A DNA stretch of 64,000 bases. Origin: the human T2T-CHM13v2.0 reference genome, Homo sapiens. Position 1 is the first letter of the stretch. Each line of letters begins with the position of its first letter. The DNA lies in NCBI RefSeq assembly GCF_009914755.1, contig NC_060932.1; one strand, given 5' to 3'. The notes beneath the pieces are model-generated. The model was given only the letters and a program-made list of their open reading frames with translations, did not search any database and was not told where the DNA came from. Shown here one piece after another: positions 41,870-56,584 of this stretch. The translations under genes were made by a program, and so were the position numbers.

Positions 41870-42155
41870 GAGGCAGGGTTTTCCTCTGTCACCTAGGCTG
41901 GAGTGCAGTGGTGTGATCGTGGCTCACTGCAACCTCTACCTCCTGGGCTCAAGTTATCCTCCCACCTCAGCCTCCTGACTAGCTGAGATTACAGGCATGA
42001 GTGACCACGCGAGGCTAATTTTTTAAAAATTTTTTTGTGGAAAGTGGGTTTTGACATGTTGCCCAGGTTGGCCTTGAACTCCTGGGCTCAAGCAATCCTT
42101 TCACCTCAGCCTCCTAAAGTGCTGGGATTACTGGCATGAGCCACCATGCCCAGCC
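41860..42155 (-). mobile_element. AluJ-type SINE, antisense
   Basis: CTCCTGGGCTCAAG in both arms (AluJ diagnostic); ends CCATGCCCAGCC. Confidence 0.92.
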
Positions 42156-44099
42156 CAAGTGCCTGAATTTCTGCAGGGTAGAATTATGTCTCAACTCTGG
42201 TCATTGAGGGCTTAGTCCCTAAAGTCCTAAAAATAAACAGCAAAAGAAAAAGGAGAACTAGAGGAGATGGAAAGAAATATTACTGGAGGTACATTCTCAC
42301 TCATATTTAGGACTGACTTTAAAGAATCTGGTATGCAGTTTCTAATAAATTATCCATGTTCATATCTTTACTCATTTAGATCAAGACGAAAAGAGAAAAA
42401 TCAGAATTCCCACCAGTCTAGGAACACTGTGAAACAGTGTAAGCCATGAAATATTTATGAGAGATTTTGGGTGAAGGGGAGTCTGGGGGAAGAGAAAACT
42501 GCAAAATGTCTGGGAGCCACAGAAATATTTGGTAATTGAAAATTATTGTCTGGGGATTTCAAAAGTATACCTAAAAAAGATTAGTTCTTTAAAAGGACTG
42601 ATTTCAAACTGATGTTTAAAATATATGTATTTCTCACAAACTCAGGAAATACTTCCAACAATCATTGATTAATAACTCTTGAGCCATATCTGAGTTGATA
42701 TATTACCAGTTTTAATGCCAAGTTTACTTAATTTAACCATCTTTTGACCATTAGGCCATGGGACTCTAGTTTGTGACTTCTATAATATGCTCATATAACA
42801 AATAGATTAAATGGGGTCAGAGTAAAATCTCTCCTAAAAGCTACTTGGGATTCTTAACTTAATTTCTCTTGACATTTCTGGAAGTGAACAAAAGCTGCCC
42901 TATTCATTACTTTCTGAAAATTTTACTTAGATGCATAACTTTATGAACTATAAATCTCTCATCTCTTCGAAAAGCCCTCAAGACAGAAGCTAAATAATGT
43001 ATCTGGAACAGACACTGGTCCCCAATTAATACAGATACAAAATTTGTAACCAAATATTTATATCTTAATTTGTGTTTTGGGAAAATTTCTTTTCCAAAAG
43101 AAAAGCATAGATATTCTTAACTGCATGAAAAAGAAAATAGAAACCTCTAACCTAAATAGAATGAAAAGCAATTTGAGGCTGGTAATTGAGAAAGTCTCAA
43201 GCTTCGTATTTCCAGCTTTGTTCACTTATCCCTCCCCTTCTGCCAAAGTTTTCAGGGAATAATAGAGTTAGGAGAAGGTCTGGGAAGTCCAAAGTCCCTC
43301 TGAGTAATTTCATAATTAAACCCTTCTGGTATGTTTCTTTAATAAAAGTAGGTAAGAACAGCAGATACCCAATGCCCTCATGTTGTCAAGTGTGCATCAT
43401 TTTAATGAGACAAAATGAGATGAGCTGATGTAATAGGTTACAGAAAATATTACCATCAACATTCATCACTGATATAAATTCAATAACTTCTGTGCAGATA
43501 AAAAAAAAAACTCACAAATTTTATCCAGGTGTTCTTAATTGTTCATTATTGACTTCATGGCCACTAGATGACACTGTTGCTTTAAGAGTTAGTGCAAGAA
43601 GAGCCATTAATATTGTTAAAGTTATACAGGAAGCACTATTGTAATAAACATATCATTTATAGTTTAAATGTGAGTGTCTGATTTCCCAGTTCTGAAACTC
43701 AACTAATACTGATTGTCATTATTATTACAAATAGTTCTGACATTATTATTTACTACATAAAATTTATATATGTGCAGAATAAAACAAACAACTACAACCT
43801 CTACTCCCAGGGCCATTTATCACCACACTAATGTCTAATATTTATCAATTGCTTACTCTGTAACAACATTTGTGCTTTGTACTTTAGGTAAATTATTTCA
43901 TTTAATCCTTCTGTCAACCGAACTTGCAGAAGATTACAAAGCTAAGAAGTGACAGAACTGGAATTCAAACCCAATTTGACTGTTACTACTACCCGCTATC
44001 ATTGACAGATGTGCTCCCTGGTAACACAGCAAGCTGGTGGCCAGGGGTAGAACATACCCTGAACTCTGTTATAGTATTTCCAATCCAATTCACTACACC

Positions 44100-44326
44100 A
44101 AAATCCACAGGATGCCCATTTAAATTTGTGTGTCTGATAAATGACTTTTTTACTGTATGTCTCATGCAAAACAGTGAATTTCAGATAAACAACATCATTT
44201 ATTTTTTGTGTAAGTATATTCCAAATATCGTGTGGGACATAGCTACGCTATAATTTTTTCTTGTGTATCTGAAATTCAAATTCAACTAGATTTCCTGTAT
44301 TTTTATTCGCTAAATCTGGCAATGCT
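44100..44326. mobile_element. MER53 palindromic hAT MITE
   Basis: CAGGATGCCCATTTAAATTTG, GAATTTCAGATAAACAA ... TTGTGTATCTGAAATTC, and GCTAAATCTGGCAA. Confidence 0.75.
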
Positions 44327-45464
44327 TAGCTATTACTCCAGTTAAGTTGGGGCAGTTTAACAAAAAACTCAATTTCTTTCCTCTCTATTTCAGATTCTCT
44401 CCTTTGTCGATACTTCTCCCTGAGAAATATATATTTGTCTTTTTAAAGGATGCTCCTGTAATCAGTGCCCTTTATCCCTTTACTTCTTACCTCTTTCCAG
44501 ACTTGCTCCATCTGGCATCAGCATGCCTGCCTCATTTTCACTCTTTTTCTCTCTACCGTGTCTTTTCCTCCTCTATAAACATGATTAGAGATTTCTACCT
44601 TTAAAAACCTCAAGCTTTAACTGCACTCTATTTGATTATACTTCTTAAACTCATATCCCCTATTTCCTTATCACTCATTCACTCTTCAACTGCAATCTGG
44701 TTTCTGCACCCAACATTGTAATAAAGCTCCTCTTCCAAAGATCACTCAGCAAATTTCTAATTGCTAAATTCCAGACTTTTCTAAGCCCTCATCTTTCTTT
44801 GTTTTCTCTGTATTTGATATTGTTCCATCTCTAATCCCATACTTCACTCTATTGGTATTATTTCCTAGGGTTTAATCATCACCTTATTGTGGTGGATTCC
44901 AAGATTCCCATTCTCATCTCTCCTGTAATAGTGTTCATAGTATCACCATATATGTAGTCACATGCAAACATTTCTCTTTGACATTTTTGGACCCCCAGAT
45001 TTTTGCTATATGATGTTGCTTTTACCACTGCTGTATTCTTGAATCTTTCCTTTTGATTTTCAATCTAATAACATTATAAACAAAAGTAAAAGGAGCCTGT
45101 AAAGGAATTAAAAATTCATAGGAGAAACATTATATTCCTTTTTTATTTTCTATTTCACTTTCCTCATCTGATGATCATCCTGGGGCTGGCAGGAATAAAA
45201 GGCATATCCTTGGGTGGGATTCTTTATTCTTTATTTTTCTTCATTATGAATAAGTTGATGAGCTCCCTGCCTTCCACTGGTTGTCATTTGACAGTGCTCA
45301 TGAGAATGGAGGTGGGATATGAAAATAACTTTTTATTCTATAGCTAAAGTGGCTCATCAGGTTCAGAAATTGCTTTATTGATGTATATGATATAGCCACT
45401 TCTGTTACATTCACTTTTTTGTGCATTATCTACACAAGACTTGATTAGAACATGAGAAAGGTTT

Positions 45465-45523
45465 TATATATATATATTTATATATACATATATATATACA
45501 CACACACATATATATATATACAT
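45465..45523. repeat. (TA)n/(CA)n compound microsatellite
   Basis: Seen directly. Confidence 0.93.
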
Positions 45524-46021
45524 ATAATTTGCCTTATTACTAATATCAAGAATACATTCAAAAAGGGCACTTTAGACCTTGAGCTCTTAAGTCTTTGGTC
45601 CTTGGTTTTAAAGACTCCTACAATCCCGGTTATGTTAAGTATCTTGAAGTATATCTCTCCCTCATTCTTGAGTCTTCCTTGGGTATGGAAGCTATGTCAA
45701 AAAATTCTGATCATCCTGCATAATTTTTAAAGCAACCTATTAAGACAGTGACTCCAAATAATAAGAACGTTTATAGGGTAGAAGACGTTGGACGTATATA
45801 TTTAATTAGATGGATATTTTATTTTAAATACCAGTTAGTAGAGAGACCATAAAAACAATTCCTTCTCTATGGACATCTATAAGGATTGATAGGCGTAAGT
45901 ACTATGTGCTACTAAGCATATTTATTACTTTATTTTGGCCCTAGTTTTAAGTGCAATAAAATCTTGTTTTTATAGATCATATATACCCAGAGTCAGTCTC
46001 TTAAAAATGATATATAGATGA

Positions 46022-46463
<442 letters not shown>

Positions 46464-49384
46464 CTAGCTCTCATAAGAAATTGCCTTAGATTAAAAGTTC
46501 CTAGATCAGTAATGACAGATTCACACACACTATGTTGTTGTTACATCCCCTAATGCCTGCAGCAGGTATGGGTCTATACAAACTTTCTTACTGAACATAA
46601 TGCTTCAGAAATCCTCTCCACTCTGCATTTCAGTATTTCAATTCAAGAACTAATTCATCTTTGTTGACATAGGATTGACACAGATGGATTTGAGTTGTTT
46701 TTCAAGGGGCTAAGTAGACAGGTTTGAAAGGGACTACAAACTGGGTAAGATTGTCCATCACAGGAGAAAAGGAAAACATTTCATTCAAATTGAATAATGG
46801 TGGGAAGTAAGACATACATGGTATTATTCCTTTACGTTTTTAATGTATTAAGACATATTAAAAACAACTCAAAACTACTGAAAGACTTAAACATTATCCA
46901 AATTATCTTAGCAACTAATGAAATTTATGGAAGCTAACAACTAACATCTATCAGCACCTCTCCTGTGTGCCAAGCATTGTCCTTGGTACTCTACTTATCT
47001 AAATTCTTCCCTCAAAGACCTTGAAAAGTTGGCATTGAGTTTTGGCTTTGGTGGGATTGAATTTCAGCTTTGCTTGCCAATGTTCTGGTTGGTTGTCTGC
47101 TTCCATATTACAGCACTTCAAATATTTATTTTTTGTTATGCTCCTTTTGACATGAATAAAAAGTAAAGTTCCATAAGGATTGGTTTATCTATTCTAGTAT
47201 ATGTATTTTACTGCTAGTAATATAGTGAATATGGTACACAATATCATCCCAATCTGTGTGCAATGTAAACTTTGAAACATCTAGAGTAAATTTCAATAGT
47301 GTTACTAATTAATGGGGAGAATGAGAACTCTGGAACTCTTCCCTATGTGCTATTTCTTGAAGTGAAAGAAATTCTTTGTGGAAGGTCTAAAAAGTTTCTT
47401 AAAATTTTGCATTTTCAACAAACTAAAATGGCTTATAAACTTATTCTGCATCTTCCAATAAATGAGAAACTTATAATTATTCACTGTCCCTTTTCTTATT
47501 ATAGTACTTTAATCTCCACTGTCTGAGTTATACTTGGGCATTCAATTTGACTTCCTGAGACAAATAAGCTTGAGCACAGCAAATTTCTGAATATTATTAT
47601 GTGTTGTTTGTGAACAAGTCATTAGTGGTAGCCTATATTTAAATTAGGTTTTCAGTTGTGGAATGAAAACTAGCAAGTGAAAACAAGCACAAAAGAAAAA
47701 TATATTCCCTGGCTTTAAGATCCTGGGAAAGCATGAATGCTCTAAATTCTTGCTGGAAATTCAATTGATCCAGAAAACTAGACATCAGTAAGTGTTGTGG
47801 AAGTCAACACACAACAGTGTTGAGTGAGACCCTCAAAAGATGAGTTTATTATAGGTCCAGGGCCATGTAAAATGGTGACCCAGAAGAGCCTCACTGGCAC
47901 ATAGAAAAAAATACTGTCCAATAAAAATGACATCATTAGCAATGATTCTTTGACACTTGGACCCTAATAATTCTGCTTCTAAGGAAACAATCAGAAATCT
48001 GGATAAAGATTTATTCTCAGAGATGTCTACCCTAGTGTTATCTGTAATAATAATAAAAATTGTAAGTAACCAGTTTCTACTTCTTGGGTAAGTGAACTAT
48101 GGTACATTTTTGTGAAGAAATATTGTACAGTCATTAAAAATGATATTCTCTAAGAGTTTTTGATGATATGACAAAGGCTTATGATATAAATCTCAATGAA
48201 ATAAAAAATTACATGTATAGTAATGCCTCAACTACGTAAAGAAAGATATTTCACATTAAAAAGCTGAACAAACTATACCAAAATTTAAATCAACAGTGTG
48301 ATTATGGAACATATTTTCTTTATCTTTTAAAACACTTTTCTATACTTTCTGAAATCATCTACTTTATAACAGTAATTTGATTATTTAATAATCAGAAAAA
48401 TGAAGAAAAATATTGAGAAATATAAATAGCTTCTGAATTCTTATCAAAGTGTGTTGTGCATTTTGCTCTATTGATCCTTAACACAAAGAATACAAAGCCA
48501 TGAAGCTTGACAGTAAAAGCAAATTTTTAAAGTCAACTTTAAAAGTTGAGTTTTAATTTCTAAATAATATACATGAGAGTTGTTTGGTTATTTTTGAACT
48601 TTGCACACTTACTCATATTTCTATGGACACAATAATTGTCTTGAAAAACATTCTTTGTTGCAAGGAAGAGGGAACCCTAAAAATAATTATAAGCCCTCCA
48701 TCTTAGAATAATCCCCTACTTCGCACATAAAAAGCTGCGTGACCGTATCTTAGAAATGCTATAAAAATGATTTTCACATTGCTTGTGTCCTTTTAATTAG
48801 GAATGATCTTTTGGTACTATTTCAACTTTAAGAGATTTAATGAGGCTAACATTGCAAGATAGAGGCTAGTTCTGAATTTTCCCTAGTTTTGAAATTTTCC
48901 CCTACATGTCAAACACTATTTGGCAGTGTTCAGTAAATATTTTTTAGACTTATCCCTTTGGAACAATATAGGCTGTATGGAGTATTTTAGCCATTTTTCT
49001 TCTGAGTAACACAATAGTTTTGAATATTTCATTTTTTTTCTCTGCTATTATTATCCCTTCCAGGTGGGAACTCTCTATCCAGGGACAGAGTCTAATGAAG
49101 TTTTTAGACAAACTTCAATATCTTTTAATAGAAGTACTATATTGAAAAGTTACATGACTGCTGAAAACATAACATATTTGATTTCAGTAATTACTTTGAT
49201 ATGAGCTCTCCATATCTTTTTGGACAGCATGAAAAAATTCCATTTGATTGTTCTCAAATAATGCCTACTAAGGAATAAATTTTGATATGAAGTACAGGGA
49301 CTTGTAACTATGTCTGGCTTTTATTTTTCATGAATGATTTTAATAAAGGCCTATATACAGCATTCTTAATCAATTTTTTAGTAA

Positions 49385-49758
49385 TGCCATGGAGTAAATT
49401 GTATTCCTTCAAAATTCATATGTTAAAGCCCTAGCCCCCAGTGTGATGGAATCTAGAGACAGGGCCTCTGGGAGGCAGTTAGGTTTGGATAAGGTCATGA
49501 GAGTAGGGTCATCATGGTGGCAATGATACCCTTATAAAGGAAGCACCAGAGAGCTTTCTTCCTGTTTCTCTCTGCCATGTGAGAATGCAGAGAAACAGTG
49601 GCCATCTGCAAGCCAGTAAGAGAGCTTTCACCAGGGAGCTGAATCAGGTGACATTTTGATCTGGAACTTCTCAGCCTCCAAAACTATGAGTGATAAATTC
49701 TTGTTTAAGCCACCCAGTCTATAGTGTTTTGTTATAACGACCTCAGCTCATTAGTACA
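49385..49758 (+). mobile_element. MLT1A-like solo LTR
   Basis: TG...CA termini, CAAAATTCATATGTTAAAGCCCTA and CAGCCTCCAAAACTATGAG...TTTAAGCCACCCAGTCTATAG. Confidence 0.85.
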
Positions 49759-50157
49759 GATAACAAAATTTGGAGGAATAGCTAACATTATAAGTGAAAA
49801 GCATAACTATCAGTATTGATAATAACAGAATCATATTAAAAAGATTTTGATACAATGAACTAATTGACTAGATTCAAGATATCAAACAAGGTTTAATACC
49901 AAATATTGTGCTTAAATTTTTATAAAAACCTCCTACATAAAAAAATATAGAGAATATATCACTTAAACAGCGGTGGATTTGCAAAAAGTTAAAATTTAAT
50001 TGTGCGGTAATGTTTATGCTTTTAAAGTCAGAACGCAGCTAAAAATTGTGTTAAATTTTTGTATCACATTCTAAAGTGAAAATTGGCAAGCTGTAGCAGG
50101 TCATAGGGAGGGTGATCATAATGTTGGACAGTTTAAAAGCCATATTACATAATAGAT

Positions 50158-50900
50158 AACTTCCATCTCTAGCCAGTTTTGAGTAATTGGGACTAGATTT
50201 ACCCTCCTGCTTGAAACAAATAAAAATAACCTGATACAATATATAAAACGATGGTGTCAAGATTTTGGACATCAGTCAGTAGAGGACTGATCTTGGAAAG
50301 ATGGAAAGTAAACAAAACAAGCATTAAGATTGTCCCGTCCCATCTTCTTTTAGAAAAGTTTGCAACCATGGTGCCAAAGAGTGGGGGTGGAGGATAACTC
50401 AGGAGGAGGCTGGCAGTCTTCATAGGCTGAAGAGAAGGAGCTGAGTCTGGAGACTCCAAAGCAGCTAGATTTCACATGGCAGAGTACCAGAGAGAGGAGA
50501 GACACACTGACTCAGAAATCTGCACATGCAGAATATTCAACTAAGTAATGATCAGCACATGAATGGGAGGAACCTACCGACACTGGGGAATGATTAAAAT
50601 GAGTAATCTTAGGAACTCACATAGTTTCCATGTTTTCATCACAGTTCATGTTTTCATTAGCCAGAGTAAAAAAAAATCTCACAATCCACAAACAAAGAAG
50701 CAGCAAGACGGTAGATTTAAACCCAACCACATAAATAATTACATTAAGTGTAAATGGTCTAAATAAAGCACAGGTCATCACATTGGACTAAAACAGCAAG
50801 AGCCAACTGTATACCACTTAAAAGAAACCTGCATTAAATATAAAGACATAAATAAAAGTAAAAAGATGAAAATATATCATATTATGAATAACTGAAGGAA
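50158..50900 (+). mobile_element. Old L1M 5' UTR fragment joined to the ORF2 start region
   Basis: ACTTCC...GACTAGATTTACCCTCCTGCTTGAAACAA 5'-end motif, and GGTAGATTTAAACCCAACC...ATTACATTAAGTGTAAATGGTCTAAA (ORF2 ITLNVNGL-like). Confidence 0.6.
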
Positions 50901-51419
50901 CTTAGTATGTGTAGTTGCAAAATGAGATACAAAAGAGAGACAGAATCATAATCTTCCAATATATACATATTTCCTTTAGCATAGAGGTTAATGTTTCTAG
51001 AAATAGGATTGCTAAAGCAAGTTACAGACACACAATTATGTAGTCCTTAGGGAGGTGAATTTCCTAAATGTGTATTGGGTAAATCTCTTTTTAAGCATCT
51101 TCAATTCTTCTTAAGCCATGATACGGCCATAGTTTATTTTACTTATTTTTTATCAGTTGTTAGTCAGAAATGAGACAAGGCTTTTATTAATCCTCAATTA
51201 ATTATTTTTTACTGCTTTCTCCTTTGCCTTGCCTTTTCTTCTCTTCCTTTCTCCTCTTCCTTTTCTTCTTCTTTTCCTTTTTCTTCTTTCTCATTTTCTT
51301 CTTCCTTTTTCTCCTCCCCTCTTTCCCTCTTTTCATTCTTTTTTTATGATTTCTTTGAAAATGTCTTATATTATTGTAAAATGTGTTTGAATATATAAGT
51401 GATTCTTTCCCTAGGCATT

Positions 51420-51753
51420 TTTTTTTTTCTTGCTGCTTTTTTGTGTTTGTTTTTGAGAGAGGATCTTGCTCTGTTGCCCAGGCTGGAATGCAGTGGCATG
51501 ATCACAGCTCACTGCAGCCCCGACCTCCTGAGTTCAAGTGATCCTCCTGCCTCAGCCTCTTGAGTAGCTGGGACCACAGGCATGAGCCACCATGCCCAGC
51601 TAAATTTTTCAATTATTATTATTATTATTATTTTGTAGAGATGAGGTCTCACTATGTTTCCCAGACTGGTCTCAAACTCCTGTGCTCAAGTTATCCTCCC
51701 ACCCCTGCCTCCCAAAGTGCTAGGATTATAGGTATGAGCCACTGCACCTGGCC
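51420..51753 (-). mobile_element. AluJ-type SINE, antisense, with (TTA)n linker
   Basis: Reverse Alu. TSD CCTAGGCATTTT at 51410-51421 and 51754-51765. Confidence 0.92.
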
Positions 51754-53451
51754 CCTAGGCATTTTGTGACTTCACTTGATTTATATTCTTTTGGCTCCTA
51801 TTATGTATCAAAATAGATCACAGAATATGAAATAATAGCAGAAAGAAAAAAACACACTAAAGAAACTATTGGAAAGTTTAATCCAAAGAAAGCAAAGTAA
51901 GACATGTTGGCAATCATTGTTGAGAACATAGAACTTTGCTCACTCTACTGTACTGGTTGGCCTATCATGAGAAAAATATTAACGGCACTGTTCAGGACTG
52001 TAATTAACTTATATATGTGCGTCCATATTTGAATGTAAGAGTATTTTTTAAATAAACAGCACCATAGAATATCAGAACTCTTTAGAGGTTTACACTAAAT
52101 TAATTAGGCCTGAAGCTGAGGAACTAATTATGTGTTATGTGTCATTGGGATTGGGCTCTTAAGTAGCAGATTTTGCCTCAATAATTGGGGAAAAAAAGTT
52201 CTAACAATCACAATGTTAGAAAATTGGAATCGGTTATTTTTCTAGGCCTTTTAATTTTAGAAATCGGAAGAATTAAAGCAGAGGTTGGATTCAGGGATGT
52301 GCCTGTATGAAACTTTGGGTAAATTAAGAAAAAAAGTACTTTGGTAGACTTGATACAAATTACGCAATTGTGTGGACGTATCCCCATGCCAGCTATGTGG
52401 CTTGGTGGGTAGAGTATGGCCTTCCTTAGTATCAGCCTTCGTTTTCCCTCTCAGATGGGAGCCTTTTACAGTGTCTTCTTAGAAATGCTGTAGATCAACT
52501 TCCTGAGGTAGGTATGAGTTTGGGGTTGATAACTTCCAATGTCTGATCTATACTTTTCATTGTAACCTCGATATAAATCAGTGTCTTAGGTGTCCCAATC
52601 TCCACAGAGACCACATTCAAAGAAGCCTCATGTCAAAACCAAAAATACTGCGAGAGAATTTCACTCTTTACTAATGTCTCTCAGAAACCATTAAATGTGA
52701 TTCAGTTTATAACCTGCACAGCATTTCTCAAAAGTCTGTTTCTTCACTTGAGCCTGGCCAAATTCCCTCACACTTCATAATTGCCGCAGAGATCCTCACA
52801 TGCCAACCCTCTACAAATTCTCTCTGAAGCCCCAACCCATGAGGGTGTCTGTCTATCCTTTGTCTCCTTTATTTCTTCCGCATTTCCCATCTGGTTTTTC
52901 TTCTCTTTGTGCTCCAGATTTTATAATATTAGAAAAAATAACTGTGTTGAAAAAAGAACTTTCCATAGATTGTGAGAGAACTGGGAGAAGCTGAGCAAAC
53001 AAAGATAAAATCTCATCTTATTTTTCTCCTAGAACCTTTATTCTCATTTTCTCTCCACCTGGTTATCTGATTTTTTAAGAGCACAACCTGGAAACCAGGA
53101 TGAGATAGACTAAATGATTTTTGGGTACTTTTGGATGAACATTTGTATGTTAATACTTACTGTGTGAATCCAATGTCTGCAGCTCCTTCTGCTAAATTCT
53201 AAAAAAGAAGCAAAGCAATTTATGTGAATAATCCCTACTCAAAAGGAATGTACAATCTCATGAGTCAGACTGGATAAAAATCACATGAAATAGATTTAAA
53301 GGAGGAAAACCAATAAACAGTGAAAATGACTACAGCTCTATACACACAAATACACTGAGAGTTACCTGAATGTTCATTACACAGCATAAATAAAATTGTG
53401 GAGAAACCAGGGAAAGTTTCGTGGAAGAGGTAAACATTGAGTAAATGTTTA

Positions 53452-53655
<204 letters not shown>

Positions 53656-56179
53656 GAAAAGTAATGGCCAGGACATCATGAGTATAATTACCTGCTACAA
53701 CAGAGAGTCTCAGCAGGCTGAAATACTTTTGTTTTTCCCCGCAAAGGGAATGCCACTCTCCATCCTCTGAGCTCCCGTATGACTTATTGGGTGATTTGAC
53801 TGTTATTTATCACATTCTGCCTTGAGTTAGTTATACATGTTTTGATTTTCTTCATTAAATAGTAACTCCTAGAATACAGAGGTAGTATCTACTCCTTTTC
53901 CTTCCCTTTTCTGTAGCACTTCACACAGAGTCTAGCAAATTATCATTGTTTAATAAAAACTTGCTGAATTAGAGTTAATGAGAAGCTAGTGAGTAGAAGG
54001 TGGGAAGGGGAGCAGAGAAGGACTGCATTGCTTCCACTAATGAGTTTAAGTTTGATATTGGAGATAACTGAAATTCAAACATATCAGTGATGTAATCAAA
54101 ATGAGATTTTACAAAAAATCTTTCTGTTAATCCATGTATGAAGTAGAAGATAACAATTTCATCTTTTTATTTGTATAGGTATTATCCCAGATGTTTAGGA
54201 AGAGATATTCCATATAGATGGTACATACTGTTGAACTGTAAGCTACTTTTAGTCATTGAAACTTTTGAATGAATACACTTAGCATTCTTGAATTTTGCAG
54301 GCTGTTCAAGTTACTCTGAGAATCTTATGTGTGTGAATAAATTTCCTCATAATGTTTTTCTTTCTTTCTGGCATTGCTGATTATAAATAGGCATGATCCA
54401 TGCTCTGGTTTGACATGTTTTAAATAATATGTATGCACATGGAAATTGAAAAAAAACATCTGGAATTGGAATTCCAGATTTAAGCTTCAAAAAAGATTTT
54501 TAGGAAAGATTCATTCTAATTTTAAGAAATTTTTAAATTGAGAGATTTCAGAACTATTTTGTTAATTTCTACCCTCTCTTGGTCTTGAAATGTTTTAGAA
54601 CAATTGCTGGTGCTATATGATTTAGGTACTTCTATTTACCTTCAATTCATAAAATCCTGTTCATGTGAATTTTTTGTTATGGAATTTAACACAAATTTAA
54701 AAATGATTGAAATTACACAAATGATAGATGTTGATTGGTGATTTCAGTTAAGCTTTCAATTATTTTTCTCATATTGTTAACATACGTTAGAATTTATGAC
54801 CTAGATAGGATTTGAAAAAAAATCTTGTGTTTATTTTTATTATAAAGGTAATACATAATCAGTGTATGTATAGCTTCTGAATTTCTTTGCGTATATAATA
54901 AATGGAGTATATAAAACAAAAGTAAAGATTGCTTTTTGTGAAGGAAAACCAATGTAATGTTTCAAGCATGAATTTACAATTATTTGGTGAGTTCATCTCT
55001 CATACCAAGAGGATAGGATTAAAATGCTACAACTTGGTCTCTAAATGGGGCTCTCTCTACAGGCCCCAAACCTGAACTATTGAATGGTTTAGAAATTTAA
55101 TATAATGTAAAAACAGTTGGACAAACAAAGCAGTTTCTATTTTGTAAGTATAAATAAATTCCCCCCCACCCCGCTGCGTCTCTTCGTTGGATTTAAAAAG
55201 AAAGGTATTTTTGCACAGACACAAAGCTAGAGATGTCATCTTTAGAAGATGGAGAGCAACTCTTCACTTTAATTTAAAAACAAAGGGAAAAAGTGCAGCA
55301 GGAGGGATCCAAGTACTTTGTTATTATAAAGGCTTCCAGAAATCAGATTTCTATTCTCCAAACAAATGGGCATTAAAAAGGACTCAGCAAACTATATACA
55401 TGGTATTCTTTTCCTTGGCTACACAATTTTAGTTAGTATGTTGCCTTTTTGGTTTAATTCCAATGGCACAGTTCATAGATTTAAGTTTTTCTTTTTCTTT
55501 TGGAGGCTAAGCAAAATGATCATAAAATAAAAATCTTTGACAGTCTGTTCTATTATAAAATGTAACACCCCTTATTAAAAAGAGAACACCTACCCCCAAA
55601 AGTTATACAAAAAGAAGGCAGCACCATAAAAAAAGCTAAGGATACTTCAAACAATAGTTTGAACCATATAACATTCCTCAGTAAATTTCAGTTACAGTAG
55701 AATGAATTATAGGACTTAGAGAAACCATCAGAGAAAACTGAATGAACAGTTTCAGAGACAGGGAAGATCTCCTGTCACAAATATGTGCTCATTGTGATAC
55801 TTATTCTCTTAGCCCATGAGATGAAATTTCAGTTTGTTTATGAGAACTAGTTACTCCTTTCCCAGACTGGGCAGTAGCTATCTGAATGTTTCTGTATGAA
55901 TGAAAACCTCATCTGCCAGGGAATAAAAATGGTAAGGACCTTTAGCAATGCCCTGTTATGTTTCTGAATTTTGTAGAACTGGCAGTCATCTGATAATGTT
56001 GAAAATATATAGCTCTCAAAGAAATAGGGCTGGATTCTCTGAATATATTTTGCACAATAGATCCCTCTGGCAGTTTTATGATTTTGCACAGCTTGTAGAG
56101 AGAGACTGGACTAGCTGGATATTTCCTGGTTTCATTAGCATAGCCCAGCCCACTTCCAACACACGCCCAGAACTACCTC

Positions 56180-56260
56180 ATTAACCATTGGGATTGCAGC
56201 CAAAAACATAAGACTACAGTGAATATAAGGGGAATTACTGGCGAGAGAGCTGTAGACCAA
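56180..56260 (+). promoter_or_regulatory. SLC26A7: Probable SLC26A7 proximal promoter
   Basis: Reverse CCAAT (ATTGG ~56187) and TATAAG at 56224-56229, upstream of a short exon ending in a splice donor. TSS inferred at ~56250-56260. Confidence 0.5.
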
Positions 56261-56346
56261 CTTAACACTGAACCCATTACTTTTCCAAGACCAGAAAAAA
56301 ATATTACATGAACAGGAACTACTTCTCCTTCAGATAAGAATTCAAG
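56256..56346 (+). other. SLC26A7: Probable non-coding first exon of the SLC26A7 proximal isoform (start approximate)
   Basis: CAAG|GTTTTA donor at 56346/56347, then a 125-nt intron with a (CT)n pyrimidine tract and CAG| acceptor at 56471. Confidence 0.5.
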
Positions 56347-56584
56347 GTTTTAATCTATAGTTTTTAAATCTAGAATAATTAGCTGTATCATAAAAAGACA
56401 GCTGCATATATTGAAGTGCTTCTGTTAATCTCTCTCTCTCTCTCTCTTTTATTTACTTATTTTCTGGGCAGCTTTGACATTGTAAACCACAGACGAATTG
56501 GAGCTTGGCATTGAAAGGAGGTGTTCTGCAATGATTTTTTTTCTTGTTTAGAGAAGTTTACTTCTACAAGAAGAAATCTGAAAA

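Noticed and set aside
41642-41978. Low-complexity LPSF/PTYL ORFs
   Set aside because: They are translations of the tetranucleotide microsatellite.
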